DNA of 64,000 nt from the NCBI GenBank assembly GCA_038751055.1, contig JBCDGS010000007.1, positions 5,612-69,611 of the forward strand. Direction: 5' to 3'. The notes beneath the pieces were generated by a model. That model searched no databases and had not been told where the DNA came from. It saw only the letters and a list, made by a program, of their open reading frames with translations. Positions 9,914 through 19,092 of the stretch are shown piece after piece. Both the position numbers and the translations under genes were made by a program. This DNA comes from Pseudomonadota bacterium. GTDB taxonomy: Bacteria > Pseudomonadota > Alphaproteobacteria > Rhodobacterales > Rhodobacteraceae. Every line of letters starts with the position of its first letter. The first letter of the stretch is position 1.

Positions 9914-10942
9914 TCAGTGCCCTTTCGCGTTGAAATCGCGCCACGTGCGGATCAGCACGGGCGTGAGCAGGATGGCGATGCCGAAGATCGTCAGGACCGA
10001 CGTGGCCGCCGCCGAACTGAGCTGGCGGGTTTCGCCGCTCTGATCGCTGAGGATGAAGGTCGAGAGCGATTGCGCATGGGCCTGCGCCTGGAAGCCGAGG
10101 ATCGGCTCGAGCACCCGGAAGTTATCCATCAGCTGAATGAGCGCCACGAACGTCACGAGGGGTGCGAGATGCGGGATTATGACAAAGCGGATCTGCTGCC
10201 AGCGGGTGGCGCCGTCAATCTGCGCGCTTTCGATGGTATACTGGGGCACCGTCTGCAGCCCTGCATAGAACACCACAAATGCGAAGGGTGCCGAGGACCA
10301 AATCCCGTAGACAATGAGAGCGACCCACATAAGCGGTGTCGAGGCCTTCACCGACAGGTCGGGATCGTTGACAAGGTAGCTCAGGAACTTACCCAGAACG
10401 CCGCGGCTGTCGACCATCCAGCTGAGCACGAGCGCGCCGATGAGCGGCGTCACGATCATGGGCAGGAGCGAGAAGAAGATCATCAGCCCCTTCAGCCGAC
10501 GGTGGAGCGAGTTGACGGCAACGGCAATCGCGAAGCCCAGCATGATCAGGAAGGGCGTGCACACGAAAGTATAGGTCAGCGTGAAGGCAAGGGCCTTGTA
10601 GAACGGCAGGTTGTAGACCTTGGCAAAGAAGTCGCCGAGCCCCGCGGAGGTTTGCCACGCCTCTCCGATCTCCGCAAAGGCGAGGTGGCCACGGTCGGTG
10701 TAGATCGAGGTGCCGACGAAGCGCCCCATGGGCTGTGCCTCGCGGATGGCCTGAGTGGCCTCCTGATCGATCGTGGTCTCCTTGGTGCAACCGAACGGGC
10801 CGCAATTCTCGGTCTCGATCAGCACCGCCTCGTGCGGTGTGAAGACCGATTGCGTCACGATGGACACGATGGGGAACGCGATGAACAAGAGCATCGCCGC
10901 CGCCGTTGGGAAGAAGAACCAGAAGAATGTGCGATGTTTCAT
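9914..10942 (-). CDS. Carbohydrate ABC transporter permease, MalF-like
   Basis: EAA loop ESAQIDGA, multiple TM segments; start moved to MKHRTFFWFFF at 10942. Confidence 0.88.
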   Translation of the reverse strand: MKHRTFFWFFFPTAAAMLLFIAFPIVSIVTQSVFTPHEAVLIETENCGPFGCTKETTIDQEATQAIREAQPMGRFVGTSIYTDRGHLAFAEIGEAWQTSAGLGDFFAKVYNLPFYKALAFTLTYTFVCTPFLIMLGFAIAVAVNSLHRRLKGLMIFFSLLPMIVTPLIGALVLSWMVDSRGVLGKFLSYLVNDPDLSVKASTPLMWVALIVYGIWSSAPFAFVVFYAGLQTVPQYTIESAQIDGATRWQQIRFVIIPHLAPLVTFVALIQLMDNFRVLEPILGFQAQAHAQSLSTFILSDQSGETRQLSSAAATSVLTIFGIAILLTPVLIRTWRDFNAKGH

Positions 10943-10954
10943 CGTTGCCCCGTC

Positions 10955-11007
10955 CGTTGGGTGCGCATGGCGCACCGTCGCTTGAGGTGCGCCCGGCGCA
11001 CCCAACG
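10955..11007. repeat. REP-like inverted doublet
   Basis: CGTTGGGTGCGCATGGCGCACC ... GGTGCGCCCGGCGCACCCAACG; each arm is itself palindromic. Confidence 0.65.
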
Positions 11008-11014
11008 ATGGTGA

Positions 11015-11043
11015 GGCGGGCCGCCCCGAAGGACCGGCCCGCC
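11015..11043 (-). terminator. GC-rich hairpin after the substrate-binding protein gene
   Basis: GGCGGGCCG...CGGCCCGCC stem just downstream of the 11053 stop; no clear U-tract. Confidence 0.45.
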
Positions 11044-11052
11044 GGATAAGGC

Positions 11053-12294
11053 CTAGAGGAAGCCCTGCTCTTTGGCGGCGGCCATGTAGGCGGCCTCGAC
11101 ATCGGCAAGGGCCTGCTCGGCACTTTCGGAGCCCTGCATGAACTCGGTAAGTTCGTTGCCCAGCGCCGTGTGCATCAGACCCATGAAGGGCAGCATCGGA
11201 TAGGGGATGGAACCCGCATTTGCCGCCGCAAACACGCCCACTGCGGCCTCGGTGGGCTCATAGCCCTCGATCAGCCAGACAGCCTGCGACGACACTTCGT
11301 CGTCCAGAATGGAGGGATCAATCGCCTTCTTCATGGCCATGAACGTCGCCTCGGCATCCGCGTCAGAGATGTTCTTGGCCACGGTGAAGCCATCCCACCA
11401 AAGCGTTGTCGCCGGTGTATCACCGCCGCCCACCGTCATTGGGCCCGCGATGGCGAAGCCGTCGATGACCTCTTGTGGGACGCCTTCAGCCGTCACGAGC
11501 GTCGCAGCGCGGGAGCCCCACATGTTCATCAGCGCCGTGTTCCCGGCGCGGTACTCGGCGTTTGTGGCGTTCGAGTCGTGCGTCAGGAAGTCGGGGTTCA
11601 TGTATTCCGACAGGGCCTTCATCATCTCGAGGGCCTTCACTCCGGCCTCGTTGTTGATGTTTGGCTCAGCAGTGCCCGGCTTGAAGTGGGATCCCCCCAT
11701 GCCCAGGAACATGTTGTTGAATTCCTGCGCCAGGTTCCAGCCCGCAGCGTAGGCGCCGCCCACCGGGTTATCCATGATGCCTGCTGCGCGGATCGCTTCG
11801 GCAGCGGCAAGCATTTCCTCGTAGGTGGTCGGCGGCTCGAGGCCTACCTCTTCCAGCACGTCGGCGCGGTAGACGAGGTGCTGCGCGTTGGCCATGAACG
11901 CCACGGCCATGATCTGGCCGTTGATCGTGATGAGCTGGTTGGGCCGAATGCCGTCACCGTGCTTGGCCACGAGATCGTCGAGCGGGCGTATGACGTCTTC
12001 GTTCATCAGCGCCACGATGGACGAATTCGCGATGATCGCGGACGTGTACTCCGCCGGGTTGCCCTGCATGCCCGGCACGTTGATCGACTGATGATCCGCG
12101 GTGAGGTTGGTGGACACCTCCACAGCGTCACCGGCGCACGACATGGCGCCCGCGCCAACGGTCTGGATCGCCGGAAACTCGTTGCCCACGATGGACACGC
12201 GGCCCTCGGTGGGGCACCCTGCATGGCCACCTGCAAGTGCGGTGGATCCGAGCATAGCCACAGCGCCTGCGAGCGCGATTTTTTTCAGAAACAT
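11053..12294 (-). CDS. ABC transporter substrate-binding protein (CUT1 type)
   Basis: Signal peptide MFLKKIALAGAVAMLGSTALA; HLVYRADVLEEVGLEPPTTYEEM; flanked by permeases and ATPase. Confidence 0.88.
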   Translation of the reverse strand: MFLKKIALAGAVAMLGSTALAGGHAGCPTEGRVSIVGNEFPAIQTVGAGAMSCAGDAVEVSTNLTADHQSINVPGMQGNPAEYTSAIIANSSIVALMNEDVIRPLDDLVAKHGDGIRPNQLITINGQIMAVAFMANAQHLVYRADVLEEVGLEPPTTYEEMLAAAEAIRAAGIMDNPVGGAYAAGWNLAQEFNNMFLGMGGSHFKPGTAEPNINNEAGVKALEMMKALSEYMNPDFLTHDSNATNAEYRAGNTALMNMWGSRAATLVTAEGVPQEVIDGFAIAGPMTVGGGDTPATTLWWDGFTVAKNISDADAEATFMAMKKAIDPSILDDEVSSQAVWLIEGYEPTEAAVGVFAAANAGSIPYPMLPFMGLMHTALGNELTEFMQGSESAEQALADVEAAYMAAAKEQGFL

Positions 12295-12388
12295 CTATCT
12301 CTCCCTGTTTCCTGTCTTTTTTGGGCGCCGCCTCCCGCGGTTGCCCATGGGCCCCGGAGACCAACGCTCCCGGGCGGTTCTGTGAGGG

Positions 12389-13441
12389 TCAGGACCCTCC
12401 CAAACGTGCCCCGTCTTTGGCGTCAAAGATGTGGCAGATCGCGGCCGGGATCGACACGGAAACCTTATTCCCGATCTCGGTGCGGAATTCCTTGTGGGCC
12501 TTCACGCTGAGGAGCGCGCCAGCGGTTCGGACGCTCACCATGGTCGCGTCGCCCAAAAGCTCCATTGAATAGACGGCGCTGTTGAGCTGGCCGCCAGCCT
12601 CAACGACCTCCGCATCCTCTGCGCGGAAGCCCAAAGTGACCGGACCGTCCGGCCCGCTGAGGCCTGGGACGCTGATCCCTTCGGCCTCGAAGGTACCGCT
12701 TCTCAGCGTCCCTTCCACGAGGTTCATGGCCGGGTTGCCAATGAAGCTCGCCACGAAAGTGTTGGCCGGGTTGTCGTAAATCTCGGTGGGTGTGCCGACC
12801 TGCTGGACGACGCCCTTGTTCATGACCACGACACGATCCGCGAGCGTCATCGCCTCGATCTGATCGTGTGTCACGTAGATCGTCGTCACCTTGAGCTCAT
12901 GGCTCAGGTTCTTGATCTGCGCCCGCGTCGAGACGCGCAGTTTCGCGTCGAGGTTCGAAAGCGGCTCGTCCATGAGAAAGACGTTCGGCTCGCGCACGAT
13001 GGCGCGGGCGAGCGCAACACGCTGGCGCTGGCCGCCGGACAAAGCAGCGGGCTTGCGGTGCAGGAAGTCGTCGAGTTCCACCATGGCCGAAGCACGCATC
13101 ACGCGGTCGTGGTGCTCGCTTTGTGGCACTTTCCGAACTTTCAGGGGAAAGCGGATGTTCTCGTAGACATTCATGTTCGGGTAGAGACCGTAGGACTGGA
13201 ACACCATGGAGATGTCGCGATCCTTGGGCTCGAGATCATTTACCCGTGCGCCATCGATCATGATGTCGCCGCCCGAGGGGTCTTCGAGGCCCGCGATCAT
13301 GCGCATCGTCGTCGTCTTGCCGCAGCCGGACGGCCCGAGCAGGACGAGAAACTCTTCATTGGCGATCGTGAGGTCAAAATCCTGAACGCCGATGAAGCTT
13401 CCCCAGCGTTTGGAAATGTTCTGAAGTCTGATCTCAGCCAT
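12389..13441 (-). CDS. ABC transporter ATP-binding protein (MalK/UgpC-like)
   Basis: GPSGCGKTT, LSGGQRQR, DEPLSNLD, YVTHDQ; start MAEIRLQN at 13441. Confidence 0.93.
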   Translation of the reverse strand: MAEIRLQNISKRWGSFIGVQDFDLTIANEEFLVLLGPSGCGKTTTMRMIAGLEDPSGGDIMIDGARVNDLEPKDRDISMVFQSYGLYPNMNVYENIRFPLKVRKVPQSEHHDRVMRASAMVELDDFLHRKPAALSGGQRQRVALARAIVREPNVFLMDEPLSNLDAKLRVSTRAQIKNLSHELKVTTIYVTHDQIEAMTLADRVVVMNKGVVQQVGTPTEIYDNPANTFVASFIGNPAMNLVEGTLRSGTFEAEGISVPGLSGPDGPVTLGFRAEDAEVVEAGGQLNSAVYSMELLGDATMVSVRTAGALLSVKAHKEFRTEIGNKVSVSIPAAICHIFDAKDGARLGGS

Positions 13442-13499
13442 GAGTGCCCCTGTCCTCTCGCGATCCGGCTTGTGCATGTGCGCCACAGGAATCACGGGC

Positions 13500-13517
13500 T
13501 TTGCACAGGTATGCAAA
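13500..13517. promoter_or_regulatory. LacI-type operator between divergent promoters
   Basis: TTTGCACAGGTATGCAAA, a near-palindrome typical of LacI-family sites. Confidence 0.6.
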
Positions 13518-13579
13518 AAGGCTAGACGCCCGGGGCTTCCTTTGCCAACCTTTTTTCTGTCTGCAAAAGAAGGTTCCCC

Positions 13580-14590
13580 ATGCTTGACGCAAAACTCGCC
13601 GCTCACGGCACTGATTTTCGCCTCCATATGCGGCAGGCTCTTGATGAGATGGCCAAAAATCCCGAGGCGGCCAGATCATACCTCGCGCCGGACTGCGTGT
13701 GGGATGTGGCCCATCCGGTGAATCACCTCGAAGGACCGGATGCGGTGATCGACGGGTTCCTCAAGCCGCTCACTGACGGGCTGTCCCATGTGGCACGTCG
13801 CGACATCCTGTTTTTGGGCGGCAAGAACCGGATCCAGGAAGGCGGGCGCTGGGTCTGTTCGATCACGCATTATGTGGGCACGTTCAACGCCCCGCTCTTT
13901 GGCCTCGCGCCGTCGGGGTCGATGGTGTTCCTGCGCTCGGGAGAGTTCTACCGCCTCGATGATGACGGCCGCATTGCCGAAGCGAAGATCATTTTCGACC
14001 TCATTGACCTCATGGTTCAGCTGCGCCGGATGCCTTTGCCGTCGATCGGCGACGAGATCACCTTCCCCGCCCCGGCGACGCAGGACGGCCTCTGCCCGAC
14101 CCATGCCTATGATGGCGACGCCTTTGATGTCGTGGAGCGCATGATGGCGACGCTCGGCGTCTATGATCCGAAGACATACTTCTCCGAAGGTCAGATCGGG
14201 GCGGGCGGCGCGTGGACAGACGACATGATGTGGTATGGGCCCGGCGGGATCGGGTCAAACACCCGCTGGGAGGGTTTTGTGAAGGACCATCGTAAGGCCT
14301 TCCTCGACGCATTCCCGGACCGCAAGGGCGGGCACCATTACTGCCGCTTCGGTGACAGCACTTACGCGGTGATGGGGGGCTGGCCGTCGATCCATGCAAC
14401 CTTCGGGCAGGATTACCTTGGTGTGCGGGCCACTGGCGGGCCGATCACCATGCGGGTGATGGACATGTACCGGATCGAGAAGACAGAGGACGGGGACCGC
14501 CTTGCAGAGAACTGGGTCTTTATCGATCTCGTGGAATTTTTCCTGCAGGCGGGCCGGGACGTCGTCGCTGAGAGCAACGCGCTGGCCTAG
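13580..14590 (+). CDS. Tandem two-domain SnoaL-like / ester cyclase protein
   Basis: Two NTF2-like repeats (GTFNAPLFGLAPSGSMVFLRSGEFYR and ATFGQDYLGVRATGGPITMRVMDMYR...ENWVFID). Confidence 0.75.
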   Translation: MLDAKLAAHGTDFRLHMRQALDEMAKNPEAARSYLAPDCVWDVAHPVNHLEGPDAVIDGFLKPLTDGLSHVARRDILFLGGKNRIQEGGRWVCSITHYVGTFNAPLFGLAPSGSMVFLRSGEFYRLDDDGRIAEAKIIFDLIDLMVQLRRMPLPSIGDEITFPAPATQDGLCPTHAYDGDAFDVVERMMATLGVYDPKTYFSEGQIGAGGAWTDDMMWYGPGGIGSNTRWEGFVKDHRKAFLDAFPDRKGGHHYCRFGDSTYAVMGGWPSIHATFGQDYLGVRATGGPITMRVMDMYRIEKTEDGDRLAENWVFIDLVEFFLQAGRDVVAESNALA

Positions 14591-14598
14591 TGGCCGAT

Positions 14599-14650
14599 GC
14601 GAGGGGCCCGGCCCCTCGCGCTCCCCGAAGTACGGGGCACAAAGAAGACG
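14599..14650. repeat. Palindromic intergenic repeat, copy 1, between convergent genes
   Basis: GCGAGGGGCCCGGCCCCTCGCGCTCCCCGAAGTACGGGGCACAAAGAAGACG, nearly identical to 33155-33201. Confidence 0.85.
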
Positions 14651-14653
14651 GGG

Positions 14654-15712
14654 CTACCGGATGCGCTGCTCGGTGTTGGCATCAAACAAGCGGGCCTGAT
14701 CGGCGTCAAAGGTGATCCCCACGGTCTCGCCCGCCTTCACCCTGTCCTCGCCGCGCTCTTCCACGATGAGGCGTTCGCCGTTTTCGGCCATGAGGTACGC
14801 GTAAGACACGCCACCCAGCGCTTCGGTCAGGTCGACCCTATGGGTGGCGCCGCCGCGCTCGATGGTGATGTGTTCGGGACGCATGCCCAGCTCAACCGAT
14901 GTACCGTCCGAGGGCAGCGTGACGGCAAGCGCCACATCCGTCTGGAGCGAGGGCACGGCGATCTTGTCACCCGTCACCTGAGCTTTCACGAAGTTCATCG
15001 CCGGAGAGCCGATGAAGCCAGCCACGAACTTGTTATCCGGGTCACGGTAGAGGTCCATGGGCGCGCCCACCTGCTCGATACGGCCGAGGCGGAGGACGAC
15101 GATCTTGTCGGCCAGCGTCATCGCCTCCACCTGGTCGTGGGTGACGTAGATCATCGTTGCGCCGATCTCGGAGTGCAGCCGGGCGATTTCGACGCGCATC
15201 TCGACCCTGAGCTCGGCGTCGAGGTTCGAGAGCGGCTCATCGAAGAGAAAGACCTCCGGGCCGCGCACGATCGCGCGGCCGATGGCGACGCGCTGGCGCT
15301 GGCCCCCGGACAAAGCGGCGGGCTTGCGTTTGAGATATTCGTCGAGGCGAAGGATCTTCGAGGCGCCGTCGACCTTCTGGTCGATTGTCGCTTTATCTAC
15401 CCCATTCATCTTGAGGCCGAAGCCCATGTTTTCTTCGACGGTCATGTGGGGATAGAGCGCGTAGGTCTGGAAGACCATGGCCACGCCGCGCTCTGCAGGA
15501 TCGAGATGCGTCACGTCCCGCGCGCCAATGGCGATCTGGCCCTCGCTGGTTTCTTCAAGCCCTGCCACCATGCGGAGAAGCGTGGATTTCCCGCAGCCCG
15601 ACGGCCCGACGAACACGCAGAATTCGCCGTCCTCAATCTGCAGATCGACGCCGTGGATCACCTGCGTGGCCCCGTAGCGCTTGATGACTTTGTTGAGAGT
15701 GACGCCGGTCAT
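14654..15712 (-). CDS. Sugar ABC transporter ATP-binding protein
   Basis: GPSGCGKST, LSGGQRQR, DEPLSNLD; start MTGVTLNKV at 15712. Confidence 0.93.
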   Translation of the reverse strand: MTGVTLNKVIKRYGATQVIHGVDLQIEDGEFCVFVGPSGCGKSTLLRMVAGLEETSEGQIAIGARDVTHLDPAERGVAMVFQTYALYPHMTVEENMGFGLKMNGVDKATIDQKVDGASKILRLDEYLKRKPAALSGGQRQRVAIGRAIVRGPEVFLFDEPLSNLDAELRVEMRVEIARLHSEIGATMIYVTHDQVEAMTLADKIVVLRLGRIEQVGAPMDLYRDPDNKFVAGFIGSPAMNFVKAQVTGDKIAVPSLQTDVALAVTLPSDGTSVELGMRPEHITIERGGATHRVDLTEALGGVSYAYLMAENGERLIVEERGEDRVKAGETVGITFDADQARLFDANTEQRIR

Positions 15713-15726
15713 TGAGGTCTCTTTCT

Positions 15727-16554
15727 TCAGATGGGGACGGTATCGGGGAACCGCCACTGGACGGCTTCCTCGGAAATGGCGCGCGCGGTGGCGCGGATGG
15801 CGGGCACGTGGACTTCGAGGGCCTGCAGCGTGGTGCGCGAGGTCGATGAGGTCACCGACAGGGCGCCCAGGACACGGCCACGTTCGGTGAGGATCGGCAT
15901 GGCCACGCAGATGATGCCGGGCTCGTGCTCTTCGCGGTCAAAGGCAAAGCCCTGATCGCGGATGGCCTCAAGCTCGGTCCTGAGTGCGAACTCGGAGGTC
16001 ACCGTATGCGGCGTAAAGCGGTGGAAACTCTGCTGGCCGATCACAACGTCGAGCTCACGCTGGGGCAGGTAGGCCAGCATCGCCTTGCCAACGCCCGTGC
16101 AGTAGGCGGGCCCGACTTTGCCGGCCTGCGAATACATGGGCAGCGGCTCGCGCGCGTTCACCTTGTCCACGTAAAGGACGGAGGCATGGTCGAGCTGCGC
16201 CAGATGAACCGTCTCGCCGACACGCGCGGAGAGTTCATCGAGGTGCTGACGCGCCACGGGAGCGAGAGAGGACGTCTCCCACGCGGCATGGGCCAGGCGG
16301 ACGAGGCGCACGCCCAGCGCATAGGTCTGCCGGTCGGCATCGAAGGTCAGCATGCCCTCGGTGGCCAGCGTCTGGACGAAGCGGTAGAGCGTGGCCTTGG
16401 GAAACCGGGACACCGCGAGAAGCTCACCAAAGCGGACCGGGCGACCGAAGGTGGCCACCTGATCCAGCACTTCCAGAGCCTTGCCCACGGTTCCCGCGCC
16501 CGACGTCGCAGCCGATCCGTATTTAGGCCCCGCGTTTCTTGGCGCGTTGTCCAT
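15727..16554 (-). CDS. IclR-family transcriptional regulator
   Basis: TVGKALEVLD...PKATLYR HTH; PAYCTGVGKAMLA; DREEHEPGIICVA. Confidence 0.9.
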   Translation of the reverse strand: MDNAPRNAGPKYGSAATSGAGTVGKALEVLDQVATFGRPVRFGELLAVSRFPKATLYRFVQTLATEGMLTFDADRQTYALGVRLVRLAHAAWETSSLAPVARQHLDELSARVGETVHLAQLDHASVLYVDKVNAREPLPMYSQAGKVGPAYCTGVGKAMLAYLPQRELDVVIGQQSFHRFTPHTVTSEFALRTELEAIRDQGFAFDREEHEPGIICVAMPILTERGRVLGALSVTSSTSRTTLQALEVHVPAIRATARAISEEAVQWRFPDTVPI

Positions 16555-16612
16555 CAATCCTCCCGCAGCCTGGCCGCACTGTCATGTCGCGCAGACGGTC
16601 CGGGCTCTTTGG

Positions 16613-16677
16613 TTGACAAGCGTAGGTGAGTCGGCGTTTCATTCCAATATCTAAAACCGAGTTCCGAATAATGGAAC
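16613..16677 (+). promoter_or_regulatory. Promoter with IclR-type operator(s) for the galactoside operon
   Basis: TTGACA at 16613-16618; palindrome GTTCC-N7-GGAAC at 16661-16677 and a degenerate copy ATTCCAATATCTAAAAC at 16641-16657. Confidence 0.55.
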
Positions 16678-16727
16678 CGCTCTGGTCCTTAAGCGGAACT
16701 GGGGAATGGAAGCATAGGGAGGAAAAC

Positions 16728-17945
16728 ATGCGTTCCATCATGACCTCCGTGGTGGCTCTGGCCATCGCGGCGCCTGCATTCGCAAGCGATCTCGTCATCA
16801 ACTTCGACGATCTGAACCCCGCACCCAAGGCCGCCTTCGAGGCTGCCGTGGAAGCGTTCAAAGCCGAGAACCCGGACATCAACGTCACGGTCAACATCAA
16901 CGACCGCGAAGCGCACAAGACCGCGATCCGGAACTTCCTGACCGCCGACGCCCCGGACGTGACCTCCTGGTACCCGGGGAACCGCATGGCGCCCTTCACG
17001 GACACGGGTCTCTTCATGGGCATCGACGATGTGTGGGACGAGAACGGCCTGCGCGAGACATTTGCGGCCATCGAGCCCACCATGACGCGCGACGGCGTCA
17101 CTTACGGTGTGCCCTATTCCTACTACCAGTGGGGCATCTACTACCGCAAAGATATCTTCGACAAGCTGGGCCTCGAAGAGTTCGAGACCTGGGACGACAT
17201 GCTTGCCGGCTGCGCACAGATGAAAGAAGTGGGCGTGACACCCTTCACCATCGGCACCAAGTTCCTTTGGACTGCTGCAGGCGTGTTCGACTACATCAAC
17301 CTGCGCACGAACGGCTATGACGTGCACAATGGCCTGACCGGTGGCGAGATCGCCTACACCGATGAACGCATCGTGCAGACCTTCGCCAACTGGGAGCAGC
17401 TCATCAACGAGTGTGGCTTCGTCGACAACCACGCCTCCATGAGCTGGCAGGACGCGCTGACTCCGTTCGTGAACGGTGATGCGGGCATGTACGTCATGGG
17501 TAACTTCGCGGTTTCGGCCATGAAGGATGCAGGTCTGACGAACGACCAGATCGACTACATGCCCTTCCCGTCCATCAACCCGGATGTGGCGCGCGCTGAA
17601 GAAGCTCCTGCAGACGCGTTCTTCATCCCGACGAACGCAACCAATGTCGAGAACGCCAAGAAGTTCCTGGCCTTTGTTGCGCGTGCTGAAGTGCAATCCC
17701 AGTGGAACGACACCATTGGTCAGCTGCCGCCGAACTCCGAGGCGACTGTCTCCGATGACAAGTTCATCCAGGAAGGGTTTGCGACTGTGTCCACGGCTGC
17801 CGGTCTCGCGCAGTTCTACGACCGCGACGCACCGGCCGCGATGGCCGCAGAAGGCATGAAGGGCTTCCAGGAGTTCATGCTGGACACGTCCAAGAAAATG
17901 GAAATCCTCGAGCGTCTCGATGGCGTCCAGGCTGAAGTCTACTAA
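16728..17945 (+). CDS. Sugar ABC transporter substrate-binding protein (galactoside)
   Basis: GGGAGG RBS, signal peptide MRSIMTSVVALAIAAPAFA, YGVPYSYYQWGIYYRKD. Confidence 0.88.
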   Translation: MRSIMTSVVALAIAAPAFASDLVINFDDLNPAPKAAFEAAVEAFKAENPDINVTVNINDREAHKTAIRNFLTADAPDVTSWYPGNRMAPFTDTGLFMGIDDVWDENGLRETFAAIEPTMTRDGVTYGVPYSYYQWGIYYRKDIFDKLGLEEFETWDDMLAGCAQMKEVGVTPFTIGTKFLWTAAGVFDYINLRTNGYDVHNGLTGGEIAYTDERIVQTFANWEQLINECGFVDNHASMSWQDALTPFVNGDAGMYVMGNFAVSAMKDAGLTNDQIDYMPFPSINPDVARAEEAPADAFFIPTNATNVENAKKFLAFVARAEVQSQWNDTIGQLPPNSEATVSDDKFIQEGFATVSTAAGLAQFYDRDAPAAMAAEGMKGFQEFMLDTSKKMEILERLDGVQAEVY

Positions 17946-17956
17946 GCCAAACCACT

Positions 17957-17988
17957 GCGGGGCGCGTCATTGGACGCGCCCTGCTTTT
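17957..17988 (+). terminator. Intrinsic terminator-like hairpin after the binding-protein gene
   Basis: GCGGGGCGCGTC-attg-GACGCGCCCTGC followed by TTTT. Confidence 0.6.
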
Positions 17989-18000
17989 CCCTCTTTCGGC

Positions 18001-18052
18001 GGTGCGCAGTGCGCACGCTACGTGTCGGCGCCGTAGGGTGCGCACTGCGCAC
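18001..18052. repeat. GTAG-type REP inverted doublet
   Basis: GGTGCGCAGTGCGCACGCTAC (reverse complement GTAGCGTGCGCACTGCGCACC) and GTAGGGTGCGCACTGCGCAC. Confidence 0.7.
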
Positions 18053-18090
18053 AATCTGCCGCTCCTCGCAATCAAGCCGGAGAACCTGAC

Positions 18091-19092
18091 ATGGCCGCGA
18101 CCGACGCCGCAACGATCCCTGTCTCCCGCACGCCCCGCCCGGGCTGGCTCCAGCGCAACAAGCTGTCCATCGCGCCATGGATCTTCCTCGCGCCTGCGCT
18201 TGTCTTCTTCTGCATCTACGTCGTCATCCCGATCTTCGAGAGCCTATACCTGAGCCTCTTCGAATGGAACGGACTCTACGATGCTGACGGGAATTCCACC
18301 GCCGTCTATATCGGGCTCGAGAACTACGCCAAGCTTTGGGACGATCCCAACTTCTGGACCTCGCTCCGCAACAACGTGGCGTGGCTGATCCTTTACATGC
18401 TTGCTGTGCCGCTGGGCCTTTTCATCGCGCTTTTCCTCAATCAGGAGGTGCCGGGGATGCGGCTTTACAAGTCGCTCTTCTTCTTCCCCTTTGTGATCTC
18501 CCAGGTGGTCGTGGGCCTGATCTTCGGCTGGTTCTACAACCCCGATTTCGGGGTGGTTGGCACCATCTGGAAGGCGCTTTTCTGCGAAGAGACGGTGAAC
18601 TTTGTGGGCAATGTCACGTTCCAGTGTTCATCGCCGCCGCCGGACATCCTGAGTTCTGCGGAATGGGCGACCTACGGCATCATCGCGGCCGGGCTCTGGC
18701 CGCAGATCGCCTATTGCATGATCCTGTACCTCACGGGCCTGAACAACGTGGCCCAGGACCAGATCGAGGCCGCGCGACTTGACGGCGCCAAGGGCTGGAA
18801 GATGCTGTGGTACGTGGTGTTGCCGCAACTGCGCCCGGCCACGTTCATCGCCGTGGTCGTGACGGTCATCGGCGCGCTCAGGTCATTCGACATGATCGCC
18901 ATCATGACCCAGGGCGGGCCGTTTGGATCCACCAACGTGCTGGCCTACTACATGTACGAAGTCGCCATCTCGGAGTTCGGGGAACGCTATGGCTATGGGT
19001 CTGCCGTGGCTGTGGTCCTGTTTGCCATCATGCTTGTCTACATCTCCTACTTCCTTTGGCGGATGTATCAGGACGAAAAGGGCGCGCGCTAA
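18091..19092 (+). CDS. Sugar ABC transporter permease, MalF-like
   Basis: EAARLDGA, FDMIAIMTQGGP, YGYGSAVAVVLF. Confidence 0.9.
   Translation: MAATDAATIPVSRTPRPGWLQRNKLSIAPWIFLAPALVFFCIYVVIPIFESLYLSLFEWNGLYDADGNSTAVYIGLENYAKLWDDPNFWTSLRNNVAWLILYMLAVPLGLFIALFLNQEVPGMRLYKSLFFFPFVISQVVVGLIFGWFYNPDFGVVGTIWKALFCEETVNFVGNVTFQCSSPPPDILSSAEWATYGIIAAGLWPQIAYCMILYLTGLNNVAQDQIEAARLDGAKGWKMLWYVVLPQLRPATFIAVVVTVIGALRSFDMIAIMTQGGPFGSTNVLAYYMYEVAISEFGERYGYGSAVAVVLFAIMLVYISYFLWRMYQDEKGAR

Noticed and set aside
6925-14590. Polyketide biosynthetic cluster suggested by the SnoaL-like genes
   Set aside because: There are no KS, ACP or tailoring genes. The importer and LacI context indicate catabolism.
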